Below, piece by piece: positions 52,901 to 64,000 of a stretch of 64,000 bases of DNA; positions within the stretch are counted from its first letter, which is position 1; every line of letters begins with the position of its first letter. The stretch is from positions 85,994,001 through 86,058,000 of the forward strand of contig CM060731.1 of assembly GCA_030704615.1 (NCBI GenBank), read 5' to 3'. A program made the position numbers and the translations under genes. The stretch comes from Takakia lepidozioides. Lineage: Eukaryota; Plantae; Bryophyta. The notes below the pieces were generated by a model. The model was not told the origin of the DNA. It made no database searches and saw only the letters and a program-made list of their open reading frames with translations.

Positions 52901-55499
52901 GCCCGTTAGCAAGTTTGTAAGCTTCCCCCGCCATGCGTTGGGCCTCAACAATATCATGCTGCCAAAAGAACCAAAACAGTTCATAACATGAACCAGAGGT
53001 GAATCTTGTCTATGGATGCAAAGAATGAAACTTGGTTAAGACATGATGTTACCTTGTACAAAATCTCTGTCATTGCATGGACTGTCAGGTTATACCAAGT
53101 CTTTCCTGCTTTCTTGATGCATTCGTCGTATTGCTCTTTCCTCAATACATTCTTCCATTCAGAGACAGGTGTAAGGCCAATCATATTGACCTTGCAAACC
53201 AAGTGCACAAATTTGGATGTAACATGTGCCCTCTCTGTTGCCCTGCACATATAAAATATGATCATTTGAAAGAAGATGTGTATATGTACATCCATTGAGC
53301 AAGAACATGACAACATTGAACATGAAAGTAAATGAAGAATAGAAAGAAACTCACACATTCACTCCATCCATGATAGACCTGAGGGAACCACAATTTTCAA
53401 TGTCCGCATTGAGCACCCAACTTGTCACACAGACATGTCTTGACAAGTTGGCCCCATGAACTTCATTGATATAGGGATACCATGCTTGAAGCCTATGATT
53501 CCCATCCCAGACATGAAACATCTTCCCCCGAAGATGATGCAACTTTGGCTTGGACTCAAGATACTTCTCAAACTCATCATTGACTGTTTTCCAATGACTA
53601 TCCCATGTAGAGATGATATCAGGACCTACATCTATAGTAGATCCATCAATCCCCTCAACAGAAACATAGAATACGGCTGCTCCTAGATGGTATCCAGAAT
53701 AGAAGTCTCCTCTAAGCTTTAGGATGTCGTTGGCAAGGGCGGGCCTAACAACCTGCATAGAAATCATGCAACACAATGGAATGTCCATAACTCCATCCTC
53801 AATGAGGAGGGACCTGAAAGTTACATTCAGATCTTGTTTCTTTTCCAGAATAATTGTCTGTTTGGCATCTAGAGAAAGAGGATCACTAGATGTTGTATCC
53901 TCTTCATACTCATCTGCCCCCCAATTCCCTGCATCAATGTCGTCAATAATGGTTGCAAGCGTCCCGGCCTCCACAGCTTCAGTTGTAGTAGTAATTTCCT
54001 AATTCCATAGACCAAAACAGTTCAAGATGTCAGTGTATGAGAAGAGCACATGTGTGAATGTATAATATGTAAAAAGAGCAGTTCAGTGTCATGGTTGCAT
54101 GAAGAAAACAAATGAATTTGGATAGTCAACTAATTCCATGAATATCCTTGTCTTTCAAAGCTTACAACTTGGAGCAGAATACAGGCCTGAGCATCCCGAC
54201 AGAGGACCTCCGACCACCTACGCCGGCGCATATGACACATATGTGCAACCAACTCAAAATTTGACAAGATTTGAGGCCCTTGAAGAAATTTTTGCTCAAG
54301 GAGCTCCAAGCATATGCTCCGGCGCATACCATGGAAGGGAAGTTGTAGCCAAACATACAGGAGCACCTTGAAAGATCAAACTAGGCCTATGGAAGCATGT
54401 GGAGTTGTGGAGGTGGCAACGTAGAAGCTTTGAGATACTTGAATACTGTGATCAGCCAAAATAGGGAAGGTTCCCCAAGCGTCTGCGCCGACGGAGGTGG
54501 CAGCCTCGACACTTTGGAGCTTACGTAACACAAGGAATATACAACAAAAAACCAAGCTCCAAGCATCTCCGCCGGCGGAGATGCTTGCATGAGGTTCCTG
54601 AAACCTAGGAGCTAAGCAAAAAAAGATTGTGCTCAATGGGATGCGCCGGCGGATATGGCAGCCCAGCCCGCTCGGAGCATCAACAACTTATGAGATTGCG
54701 GAGAAACAAAAGAGATGGAAGGGGGGGCGAACTTCCTGAAATATGTGAGCAGCCCTGCTGCACGGGTCTGCGTTGACAGAGGTGGCAGCCTTGGCGCTTT
54801 GGAGCTTCCGTAACACAGGGAATATGCAAAAAAAAACCAAGCTCCAAGTATCTCCACCGGCGGAGACGCTTACAGGAGGTTCCTGAAACCTATGAGCTGA
54901 GCAAAAAAAAATGTACTCAATGGGTATGCGCCGGCGGATATGCCAGCGCAGCCCACTCGGAGCATCAGCAATTTTTGAGCATGCGGAAAAACAAAGGAGA
55001 TGGAAAAAGGGAGAACTTCCTGAAACATTTGAGCAGCCCTGCTGCACAGGTATGCGCCGGCGGATACGCCAGCCCAACCCGCTCGGAGCATCAGCAACGT
55101 ATGAGCATGCAAAAAAATAAACGGGATGGGAGTAGAGGAGCACTTCCTGAAACATGTGAGCATCCCAGCTCCAACGGTATGCACCGGCGGAGGTGGCAGC
55201 CCAGCCCTTCCAAGCATCAGAAAAAACCAAGGGGAATGAGCTGTCTCCGCCGACGGAGACGGTTGTGTGTATGTGTGGAGATTCGCAAACTTGTGAGAGT
55301 TGAAGTGACTTAGGCATCTGCGCTGGCGGAGGTGCTAGATTAGGAGCAGCTTGGTGGGGCTTATGCGATGGCGCATATGCCTAAGTGCAGGTCATGAAAA
55401 AAAAACAAAACTACAGCTTACCTTCTCCATCCGCAGCTTGCCTCTACCACCACCACCACCAACAACGCCTCCCCCTCGAGTGTCCTTCTTCCTCCCCAT
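49922..55499 (-). pseudogene. ParB/Srx-like + N6A/N4C MTase-like gene, copy C
   Basis: Exon 1 at 55422-55499 (MGRKKDTRGGG...MEK, phase 0). ParB exon ~53355-53998 (VVRPALANDILKL, FHVWDGNHRLQAW). MTase: DMIIVDCPTG, PPWN, LLDDNG, AWRGARDRSPAFMQVLLETCSPPGSRILDLTAGTG|STFIAARESGRR./FGLEGD. A few frameshifts. The 3' end is approximate. Confidence 0.85.
54215..55380. repeat. Intron-1 array of ~12 CGCCGGCG-centred palindromes (copy C)
   Basis: Perfect 28-bp palindrome CAAGCATCTCCGCCGGCGGAGATGCTTG at 54560-54587. Variants at ~54217, 54311, 54480, 54640, 54765, 54846, 54923, 55049, 55176, 55241, 55314 and 55361. Confidence 0.9.
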
Positions 55500-55904
55500 C
55501 GCCGCAACAGCTCATTGCCTCGGGGTGGTATAGTATAAGGCCGAGATGCGGCGCCTCTGTCTCCTCTTCGCAACGGAAGTCTCCAGGGTGTAGAGACTAG
55601 AGACGTGTTAAATGCTTGTGTAGTTGTGTGTGTGTTTGTTTGGGGGAGTGGCAAGGGATAATGTGCAAGTATACTAGACTATGTTAGTGTAGTAATGATA
55701 CCGGGTTAGTCATGTAGTAATGGCAACAAGTTTAACTGAATAGAAACAGTTTATTAACAAAAAAAGTAGAGGTTGTTTCATAGCATGGCTTGTTGGTAAG
55801 GTTGTGGTGTATTTTCCACTAGGTTGTGGGTTTAGACCTGCCCCCGCCAAGGAGAGCGGGGGGAAAGAGGGGCGAGGGCTAAGGCCTTAAAAAGGCCAAA
55901 TTGG

Positions 55905-56506
55905 CCAAATCTGAAATGTGAACATTTTTTATACACTCTGGCGTTATTGTTTTTTGGACTACATGGGTTACACGTGGATCCTCAGAAGATGGTTGTACGA
56001 TTGACATGTGACTTTGTGGCGGCGCCTTCATAATACAATATAAAGTAAGTGATAAAGTAACTAAATATTTTGTTATGGGTGTCTTAATCAATTTATTGGT
56101 TTTAGAGTCAATTGTCGCCACAAATACTTGTACTCATTACTCATACATGAGTAATCAAAGAACAAATCAACATACATGTCATGGGATTTGATTGTAAATA
56201 AATTGCCAAATCTGAAATGTGAATTTTTTTTATACACTCTGGCGTTATTGTTTTTTGGACTACATGGGTTACACGTGGATCCTCAGAAGATGGTTGTACG
56301 ATTGACATGTTACTTTGTGGCGGCGCCTTCATAATACAATATAAAGTAAGTGATAAAATAACTAAATATTTTGTTATGGGTGTCTTAATCAATTTATTGG
56401 TTTTAGAGTCAATTGTCGCCACAAATACTTGTACTCATTACTCATACATGAGTAATCAAAGAACAAATCAATATACATGTCATGGGATTTGATTGTAAAT
56501 AAATTG
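55905..56506. repeat. 301-bp tandem duplication in the intergenic region of copy C
   Basis: CCAAATCTGAAATGTGAA occurs at 55905 and 56206; the two units are near-identical. Confidence 0.92.
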
Positions 56507-56855
56507 TGCCGTCTAGTGTGTCAGTTCATAGTTGGATGATTAATCAACGATTGGTTGTAAAATAAATGGAAACATGCAGAGCATTTATGTTTCATATGCT
56601 CATTAGAAGAAGGCAGTACATTGGTTTCTAAGATCTCAACAACGGCGCCGTTGTTTTAAAAATAAGGGATAGTCCATTTAGTTGTTTCTGTCAGAGAATA
56701 ATATGGATGGAGCACATGCCTCAAAAAATTTGGACCTTCTGGATTGATGATACACATAAGTAATGTAAGCCATTTAATGTATTTGCATAAGGTCTTGCAA
56801 GATGTGCGCTTTCATTCATTTTGCATCTTCTCTCAAACTTTGAGGGCATTGCCAA

Positions 56856-59800
56856 ATGTCTACACCAAAATATGCATTGCTTTCATGTCCACCTGATGCA
56901 AAAGTAGTTCGTTATCCTTGCAATGGAAACAAGTGCATTATCCCAGAACCTTGGTTATGCAATAGATTCAAACTTGTTCCAGGTTCAGTTTTTTTGGAGG
57001 ATGATGGAGATGATGATGCCTCCACAGTGTTGCTTCCAGTTTTCAATGACGGCCAAAAACAATGGGAGTTGTTTCCAGACACTTTCTCCAAGTACTGTGT
57101 CACAGGTACGAGCTATACACAGTCACATGATGAGAGGCACACTTCTATTGCAAGAAAGAACGATCAAGCTGCAACAAATGGGAGTTGTAAATTGAAGGAG
57201 GAGGTTGCAGATTCGGCGAGCTTGGGGTCTCATAATTCGGATTGTGTTGAGGTTTCTAAGAGTGTATTTTGTGGATCTCAACCTTCCTCATCTGCTCATA
57301 CAGTCTTGCTTCATGACATGAAGCCTCGGAAAACTCCATTGGACAACACCACGTCTGATTGTTGCGAATGTGCGAGGGGTTTATCTTCATCTCCACGACT
57401 AGCAGGGGAGGCTACATTTGCATTTCCTTATGGTGTGTTGTCCATTTTGAGTATCTTGGCAACTGCTCGGAGGAATGGATCAAAAGGATAGCTTTCTACC
57501 TTAGACTATAGTCACATTCCAGTGCATCGTGTTCGGTGTCTTCCTCGAGCTTTTGATGGAAAAGTGATCCATGAACTCCCCCCCGTGGTCAAACTACGTA
57601 CGGACCGTGGTTCACAGTCCCTCCAAGGCATGGACCGCAAGTTTGATGGTCATCCTTGGTGCAAGACCAATACCTACAATATGTCTGGTGTTCCAGATCA
57701 TGTGAAATGTAGTAAGGTTCTTTGTGTTGGAAAGCTCATATGTCAAAGTAGCACTTGCCCCTTCTTCAAGAAAGAAGGAGAATGGAATGACCGCTATTGG
57801 GAAGGCAATGCAGACAAGGTGTTCATTGCAGGAGCCCAAGTTCCATTCAACCAGTTCAAGTGTAGTTTCTGCAAAGAAAGACCTTTTTGTGAGGCGCATT
57901 GTGGGGCAAGAATGTACTATGTCACAAGTTCCCTTCCAACATATACACATGTTGCAGTTCACGTTGGGTTTCATAACCATCCATGTGCCAAGGGCGAGGA
58001 TATAGAGGCTGCGGAAAATGCATCAAGCATGATTCAAGAGCACGTTAAGATGAAGCCATGGTCGACCCGGGAGCTATTTCTTTGTCAATGGCCCAAAAGC
58101 TCTTGATTGATCGAGTTCTTGTGGCTGATGGCACAGAGACAGTACGTCTTGAGGGAGAGGCTTTGGAAGATATTTTTGAAGAGTTTGCCCATGTTTATAG
58201 CCCCAATGTGAAAAACAAGGTCACATCTGCACGTGTCAATTCCATCATGTCCAAATTGGAGTTGAAGCGTCTGAGTACATACCATTTCATTCACAGCAAT
58301 CTCCTTCCAGGCCAACATACTTCTCATCTCCCCCATGTTTTCAAGATGTCTGTTGCTGGTCCCGGGAGTGGTGTTGATCTTGTGCGTCGCATGAGTGAGG
58401 GGGATCTACGCACAAGTTGGGTAGTATTTGACCATGTCAAACGCATCAAGGATTGGACAACTCTTGCGTGTCATGTCTATGAACCATATGTCAAGCGAAT
58501 GATGACCATTGCCATTTGCGATATGAAAACAGAGGATGCAGATGCTCAGGTGTTTTTATGGGAGATGATCAATGAACAAGCAAAACTTGCTGGCTTGAAC
58601 AAACCAAATTTTGCTGGCTTCATGGCGGATGCAGCAGGAGCGAATTGGGCTGTTGTTCGAAGGTTTATGGATCTGATCCCAATGTCCCAATGGAAGGTAA
58701 AGAAAGAACATGTTTATATCATTGGGCTGAAAGCCTCCGAAGACACACCAACGACTATATCTTGGAGGACTTCCATGAAAGGCACACTCAGCTCTGTTAT
58801 GAATGGAAAGATAGTGCTACCTTGGAGGATGCTACAACCACATACATTGCAATTCGGGCTTGGTGGCTCTCTTCAGGAGCATGCACAGAAAAGAGTCTGC
58901 CAAAACTGGATTCATGGCTTGCATGGTGGCACTACAGATATCGAATGTGGGGCCAATGGATGAGAGATGACATGGATGTGGAGGCAGATGCAGATATGCC
59001 TACCACTAATTTGTCTGAGGCAGTCTATTCTGCTTGGTGGAAGACAGCAGGCAATGGGAAAAAAATGAAGGTGGATCTATATGAGGCCACCATGCATGAC
59101 ATGTCACGAGCTCTTTTGCAGCAGACAACATTTTACAGACACACCACAGGAAAGACATGGGGGACGGGGCCCGACAAAGAGGAGCTCATGTTGCGTCAAG
59201 CAGCTAGATCTAATAGCCCAGCAAAAATGGGTAAGGTTGTACGTGGCATAATAGGTGGAACACCCATGCACACAAGGGGGGTTCAATTGGAGGGAGACAA
59301 TCGCACTATTCCAGTCAAACGCAAGTTAGGCGATGAGCATGATGGGCCAAACGAATCTTGGAGGTGTGATATGAATGTAAAGACTGTTCCAGTGCGCGCC
59401 ACTGGGATGCCCAGTCCACACCAGCCATCTAGGTTTGTCAGCTCCAAATCAAGTCATGACATTCCTGGTTCTTCGACTTTCTGTGAGACAAATCCATATG
59501 TTGCTATCCCTCCTCAGCCAATGCAATGGGGAAATCCAGTGAGAGAGACACAAGACTTTTCCGATGCATTGTTCAGGATTCAGCGGACAGGTCTTGCTTC
59601 CATGGTTCGTTGTTTTGCCTTGGTTGGAGTTTCCAAGGATAAATGCAAAGCGCTCATCAGGAAAGGTAAAGGAAGTCCTGCACCTTGCTTCACTGGCAAG
59701 TTACTAGCACCGAACATGAAAGAACCAAACTGCAAGTTTTTTGGTTTTGCCCCACAGATGTTTTGTCGTGTGTTGGAGGGACCGTGCCATCCTATTGCTT

Positions 59801-60396
59801 GGGAAAACCGGGTATACCTAACGTGTGGCCTGTGAAGGTTGGAACCAACCTTACACAAGAAGAGGTGGACAACTTGACCCTTGCAGGTTTTCGACTAGTC
59901 CATCCTCCCAACGTTCCTGATCCGAACTTTCCCGTGGGACCACTTCCAGTGGAACAACATATTCATCAAGGTGTTGTCCTTCCTGTGGGTAAGTATCCCA
60001 CTACACGCTATGGGGTGCGCATTCGACGTCCGGATCCGACTCCTCGACACTTGAGTCGCCAAGAGTCAGCAGAGACTCTTATTGCTGAGGTTCGTGGATT
60101 CAGAAACGTGCCTCAGCCAGATTATGGGAGAATTTACCAGCTACAAACAGAGGGATCTACCAGAGCATGATTGGTTTACAATGTATACATTGATCAGTTT
60201 CCATCTTGTGATTGTCCCGACTTTGATGAGCTATCTGTCAAGAAGAAAAAAACAAACATATCTACCTTGTAAGCACATGTACTTCATGTACAACGTGCAT
60301 CTAGGATGCGCCGGGGCTTATGAGATCCACCAACCTTCCCTTAGCCAGTTAGAGGTTAGGGCTATGCTAAAGAAGGACCCTAGTTCAACTTCTTAG
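56856..60396 (+). pseudogene. MULE-type DDE transposase with GCM-like and SWIM domains (copy C)
   Basis: HPWCKTNT..CVGKLIC..C..CSFC..CGARMYY..GFHNHP; VVFDHVK; FMADAAGANW; CLYHW; TNLSEAVY; VWPVKVGT; C.CPDF..PCKHMYF. Stop at 57491 and about five frameshifts. Confidence 0.88.
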
Positions 60397-62832
60397 TGAC
60401 ACATGAAATGCACAAAAAAAGAACCTCTAACTTGTGCCGTTCATTTTCATGCATGTGATATGTAATTATCTTGTTACTACTTTATTCCAAACATGACACA
60501 TAGCATTTGTTAGTACAGAAGTTCCTATTTTGGTTAAAATGGAACTTGTGTACCTGTCATACAAGTTTTCAAATTATAGAACTGCTTGGCATTACTAACA
60601 GACATGCAATGTGGTGGTTCCAAACATGACACATATGCATTTGTTAGTACAAAAGTCCATATTTTGGTTAATATGAAACTGTTTTCCTTGAATACAAGTT
60701 TGCAAACTATTACTTTGGCCAGGGATCTTGTATTCTCTTCAGTTTAAGGTGGTGCATTAGTTGGAGTTAGTGGTCACATGCATCTTTGACCATTGACTAC
60801 TGATTTTGTTAGCTAAGATTTTTAATTTTTTTAATTTTTTAATTTTCTATATACATATGATGTAACATTTGCATATGCAATAAATACGCTGTATTCTATG
60901 TTATATAACTCCACTGCATACAATCTACAATGTGTGCATACAAATTTGTCACATGCATATATAATAAGGGATTTTGTGCATGCATGCACGCAACCTGTGC
61001 ATATGGAATAGCAACCCCCGTCCTGGCAGAAGAGAGTAGAAGAGCTTCTCAAGGACCTGGACCCGGATCCGCAAGTCTTGACCCTGCTGGATAAATCTGA
61101 CTTAGAGGCTGTAGTGTCCAAAGCCATGTCTGTTGCCATGAGATTGTCTGATGAAAATGAAGTTAGGCAGAAAACTTCCCCGAACTTGTTTCCAGTCAGT
61201 GACATGGGGGAGGACATCTTGGATGACCTCAAGGGTCTACCCACTCTCGGCACTAGACTGAAATTTAAACTCAGGGCAGGAAGCCTACCCTTGAACAGCA
61301 AACAGAAGCAGAGAGGAAAGGGAGAGTGCAATTGCCCGTTGTGTGGGCAATCTGAAGACAGTATTCATTTTCTGATACACTGCCCGGGGTTCTCTCACCA
61401 AAGAGACGCTCTCTTCAACTCTATCAAGGGAATTGTGCCTGTACCCCTGTTTACCAACTTTGAAAGTCTCGAGGCTGAGCCAAAAGCCCAGGCCCTCCTG
61501 AGGCCTAGTTTTTGGGCAAATCACACACAGCAGATTGATGCTTGTGTGAAGGGATTTCTAGGGGATATCTGGAAAACCCGGATTAATTCTTTATATGAAG
61601 GTAAGTCTTACTACCAACGTCAGCCCCTGACAGAGGTAGGTTCATCTCCTCTCTTGTCATGACATCCTGAGTGGGATGCTACTCCAGCTTACTAACTACT
61701 TATCAATGCAGACCCAGCCTAGCTATCATAAACACCTTCATTCTAATTCCTAAAATCCCAAGTATCCAGCTTGCATTCCTTTTCTCTCAGGTCAGTAACT
61801 GAGCAGCCCTATAGCAGCATTGAATCCAGGCTCACAATGCTGGAAACAAAGCAAAAATCAAACTTAGAGATTCTATAACTCCAGAACTACTGCATCGTCC
61901 CTCAATCATCATTCCAACAACGAATTGCATCATCTCACTTTCCCTCGACGCATTCCTGGTCTGAAATCCATGTCGTACCTCATTCCATTTTCAAAACCTT
62001 TCTTTCTCTCAAGTCTGGTGTAAAAGTTGAAATCCTAGAACAACATCACAAGTATCCTACATTTAATCCGAAGTAGAAGAAGATCAAGTACATCTTACTC
62101 AGCCAATTTATATCCTCTTCAAGTGGTGGAGGCCAATTGCCAGGTTAACCCCCCCCCACATCCTCTGTCAGACACCTCATAATGCTGGCCGCCGCTTCCC
62201 TTACTGGCGCTCTCTCAGAACAGAATGCATTACGCCAAGGTGTGTGAATCCTTCACCGCCCCCCCCCCAGCGATTTATCCCTTAGTGTGCCAGCCGTCAT
62301 GATCCAGCAGCACCTCAATGGCACCACCGCTCCTGGTAGTGTAACCTTAACTGCCGCCGTCGCTGCACTCATCGACGCTTCCCAAAACCAGATACATTAC
62401 TCCATGTTGCACACAATCCTTCACCGCCCTCGTCAGCAATCCTCCAGCGAGCCATGCATTGTCAACAACATGACAGCACCATATCTCCTACTGGCAACAG
62501 CACGAATTACCAGCCTGCTAGTCCTATCTTCCCCTTTCCTTCCCTTATCTCCTACATCACTACCACTAATCACAAGCCTAAACTATGATTAAGACCAGCA
62601 GAAAATAGATTGCCCGATCAGACCACCTTAAACAGATTGCCTCACTCGGGCTGCCATGCCTGCCAGCACTCCACCCATAGCCCTGATCCGGCACTCCCGC
62701 CGTTCACCCTTCTCGACATCCTAAGTTGCAAACGCAGTGGATGAACTCCATCCAGCAACTACATCTGCACACTTAGCTGCAAGTAATTCTCCATAGGACA
62801 AAAGAAATAAATTTTAGTGGATGATGAATCTC

Positions 62833-64000
62833 TCACAGATTCACACTACAAGCTACCAACAATCTAAAATCCCCTCTAAACCCTCGATCCAAAACACCAG
62901 AGGCCACCAAACAATGCTTTTGTAACATGAGCTTCTTCCATCCTTCAACCTCCAAGCACCGACCTTGAGGACCAAGAAAAGTCAGCCTTGTTGGGAGAAT
63001 TTTCTGAAAATAAGCCGGTATGTCAAAGTCCATATGACTTCGCAGAAAGGTGGTGTTAGAAGGGATAGCCAGAGGAGCTCCACTCTTCTTACCTGGGAGG
63101 GGAATCTGCCACTGATGCAAATAGTTAGGAGCAGTGTTGGCAAAATCAAAATAGCGTGTCCAATTGAACTGTTGCCCTGCTCCTCTCTGCACTGCTTCAG
63201 CCAAACTCCTCATTTGAGACAGGTGCATCATAGCACAACCTGCTGGAAGAGTCACACTATTCAAATGGACCTTACAAGGTTTAGCACAGTCAGTTTGAAA
63301 CCACATTACACTGCTGAGGACATCGATGGTGGCTCCAGCCCCTTTCATCCAGTCGAGCCCTAGCAAGAGCTGCTCTCCTAAAGTAACAATACAAGTTAAC
63401 ACTACAGACTTACGACTTATCTTAACTGGCACAGTCACCAGCCCCAGGGGCTGATACGTTGTACCATCAGCATTAATACTGACTTGCATGCCAGTAGCAG
63501 GAGTTAGTTTCAAGCCCAACAAACGTACAATGGTGATGGAAATGGCAGAAATGGTACAGCCAGTGTCCACTACACAAGGGAAAGACAAATGGCCAATGTG
63601 ACATTGGGTCATGAGTGGGTGCACACGCTCTCTTTGCAGGCTTCTATTAGCTTCACAGTGCATCAGCTTAAATTCATTTGACAATACAGCTGACAATACA
63701 GGTTTTTCATGCACAGGGTAGGCTACTTTTTGACCGCCTGGCCCCTTTACAGACGGTCACGTTCATTTAAAGACTTCTCCCCATTCTTAGTCTTCAAATA
63801 CTCTTCAATCATGCCAGGAACCAAGTCAGCATACGTGCATAATCGAGTGTAGTGTTCCAGTGACCCACAAATGTAACATGCCACTCTTTTTTCCTTTGAC
63901 TTCATATCTTTTTCCCGTGTGGGTGTGACCATGATGGGATTCTGCAGGTGAAGACTTGCCAGGTTGTGAATGCCAGGAGCTATCAGTTCGTAGCAACTGT
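62833..64000 (-). mobile_element. Ty3/gypsy gag knuckle and aspartic protease (likely the 5' part of the 41512-43693 element)
   Basis: CYICGSLEHYTRLC; CVVDTGCTISAI...LLLGLDWM; same strand as the pol piece. Confidence 0.85.

Larger units (their letters stand above)
48829..61019. mobile_element. Complete 12.2-kb DNA transposon (copy C): divergent ParB-MTase and GCM/MULE/SWIM transposase genes
   Basis: 8-bp TSD GTCCTGGC (48821-48828 and 61020-61027). Imperfect TIRs GAGGTAGCCTATACTATATGCGCA versus reverse complement GGGGGTTGCTATTCCATATGCACA. TGCAT(A)-rich subtermini. Excision restores the LINE frame ...RQAKSW|QKRVEELL... Confidence 0.92.
44650..61662 (+). mobile_element. Non-LTR retrotransposon (APE-RT-CCHC; RTE/RTEX-like, clade uncertain), split by element C
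   Basis: APE: LATFNFSGL, GQETW, LGDFNARVG, SIVDYII, SDH. RT: AGGPDGI, NYRGITL, FLDVKKAYDTV, GVAQGCTLSPLLF, LMFADD. RPALEYG and C-terminal CPLCG..EDSIHFLIHC. Stops and frameshifts present. The 5' limit is approximate. Confidence 0.9.

Noticed and set aside
49922-55499. Bacterial or phage contamination as the source of ParB-MTase
   Set aside because: The gene has many GT-AG introns at positions conserved across three copies and sits in a TSD-flanked element inside a plant LINE.
55879-56422. Duplicated ORFs MATIDSKTNK...
   Set aside because: By-product of the AT-rich 301-bp intergenic duplication, with no protein signature.

Overview
Repeat-rich, rearranged nuclear DNA of a land plant, probably a non-seed plant judging from the PLS/DYW-type PPR sequences. 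No clearly intact host gene is present. Host content is decayed PLS-class PPR genes (one still ending in DYW), a ~5 kb 352-bp satellite derived from a broken PPR exon, and a UMP/CMP-kinase exon. Retroelements are Ty3/gypsy pieces and one APE-RT LINE. The main observation is three divergent copies of a DNA transposon with two genes. One is a GCM-like Zn-finger/MULE-type DDE/SWIM transposase. The other is a spliced gene joining a ParB/Srx-like domain to a bacterial-type beta-class N6A/N4C DNA methyltransferase-like domain. Each copy carries its own array of ~20-28-bp palindromes in introns of the ParB-MTase gene. Copy C (48829-61019) is complete, has an 8-bp TSD and splits a LINE ORF. Copy A/B appears split by a ~13.3-kb inversion. 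Copy D/E has CACTAC termini and a 3-bp TSD and appears split by a second ~14.6-kb inversion. All calls come from visual motif reading, with no database searches.
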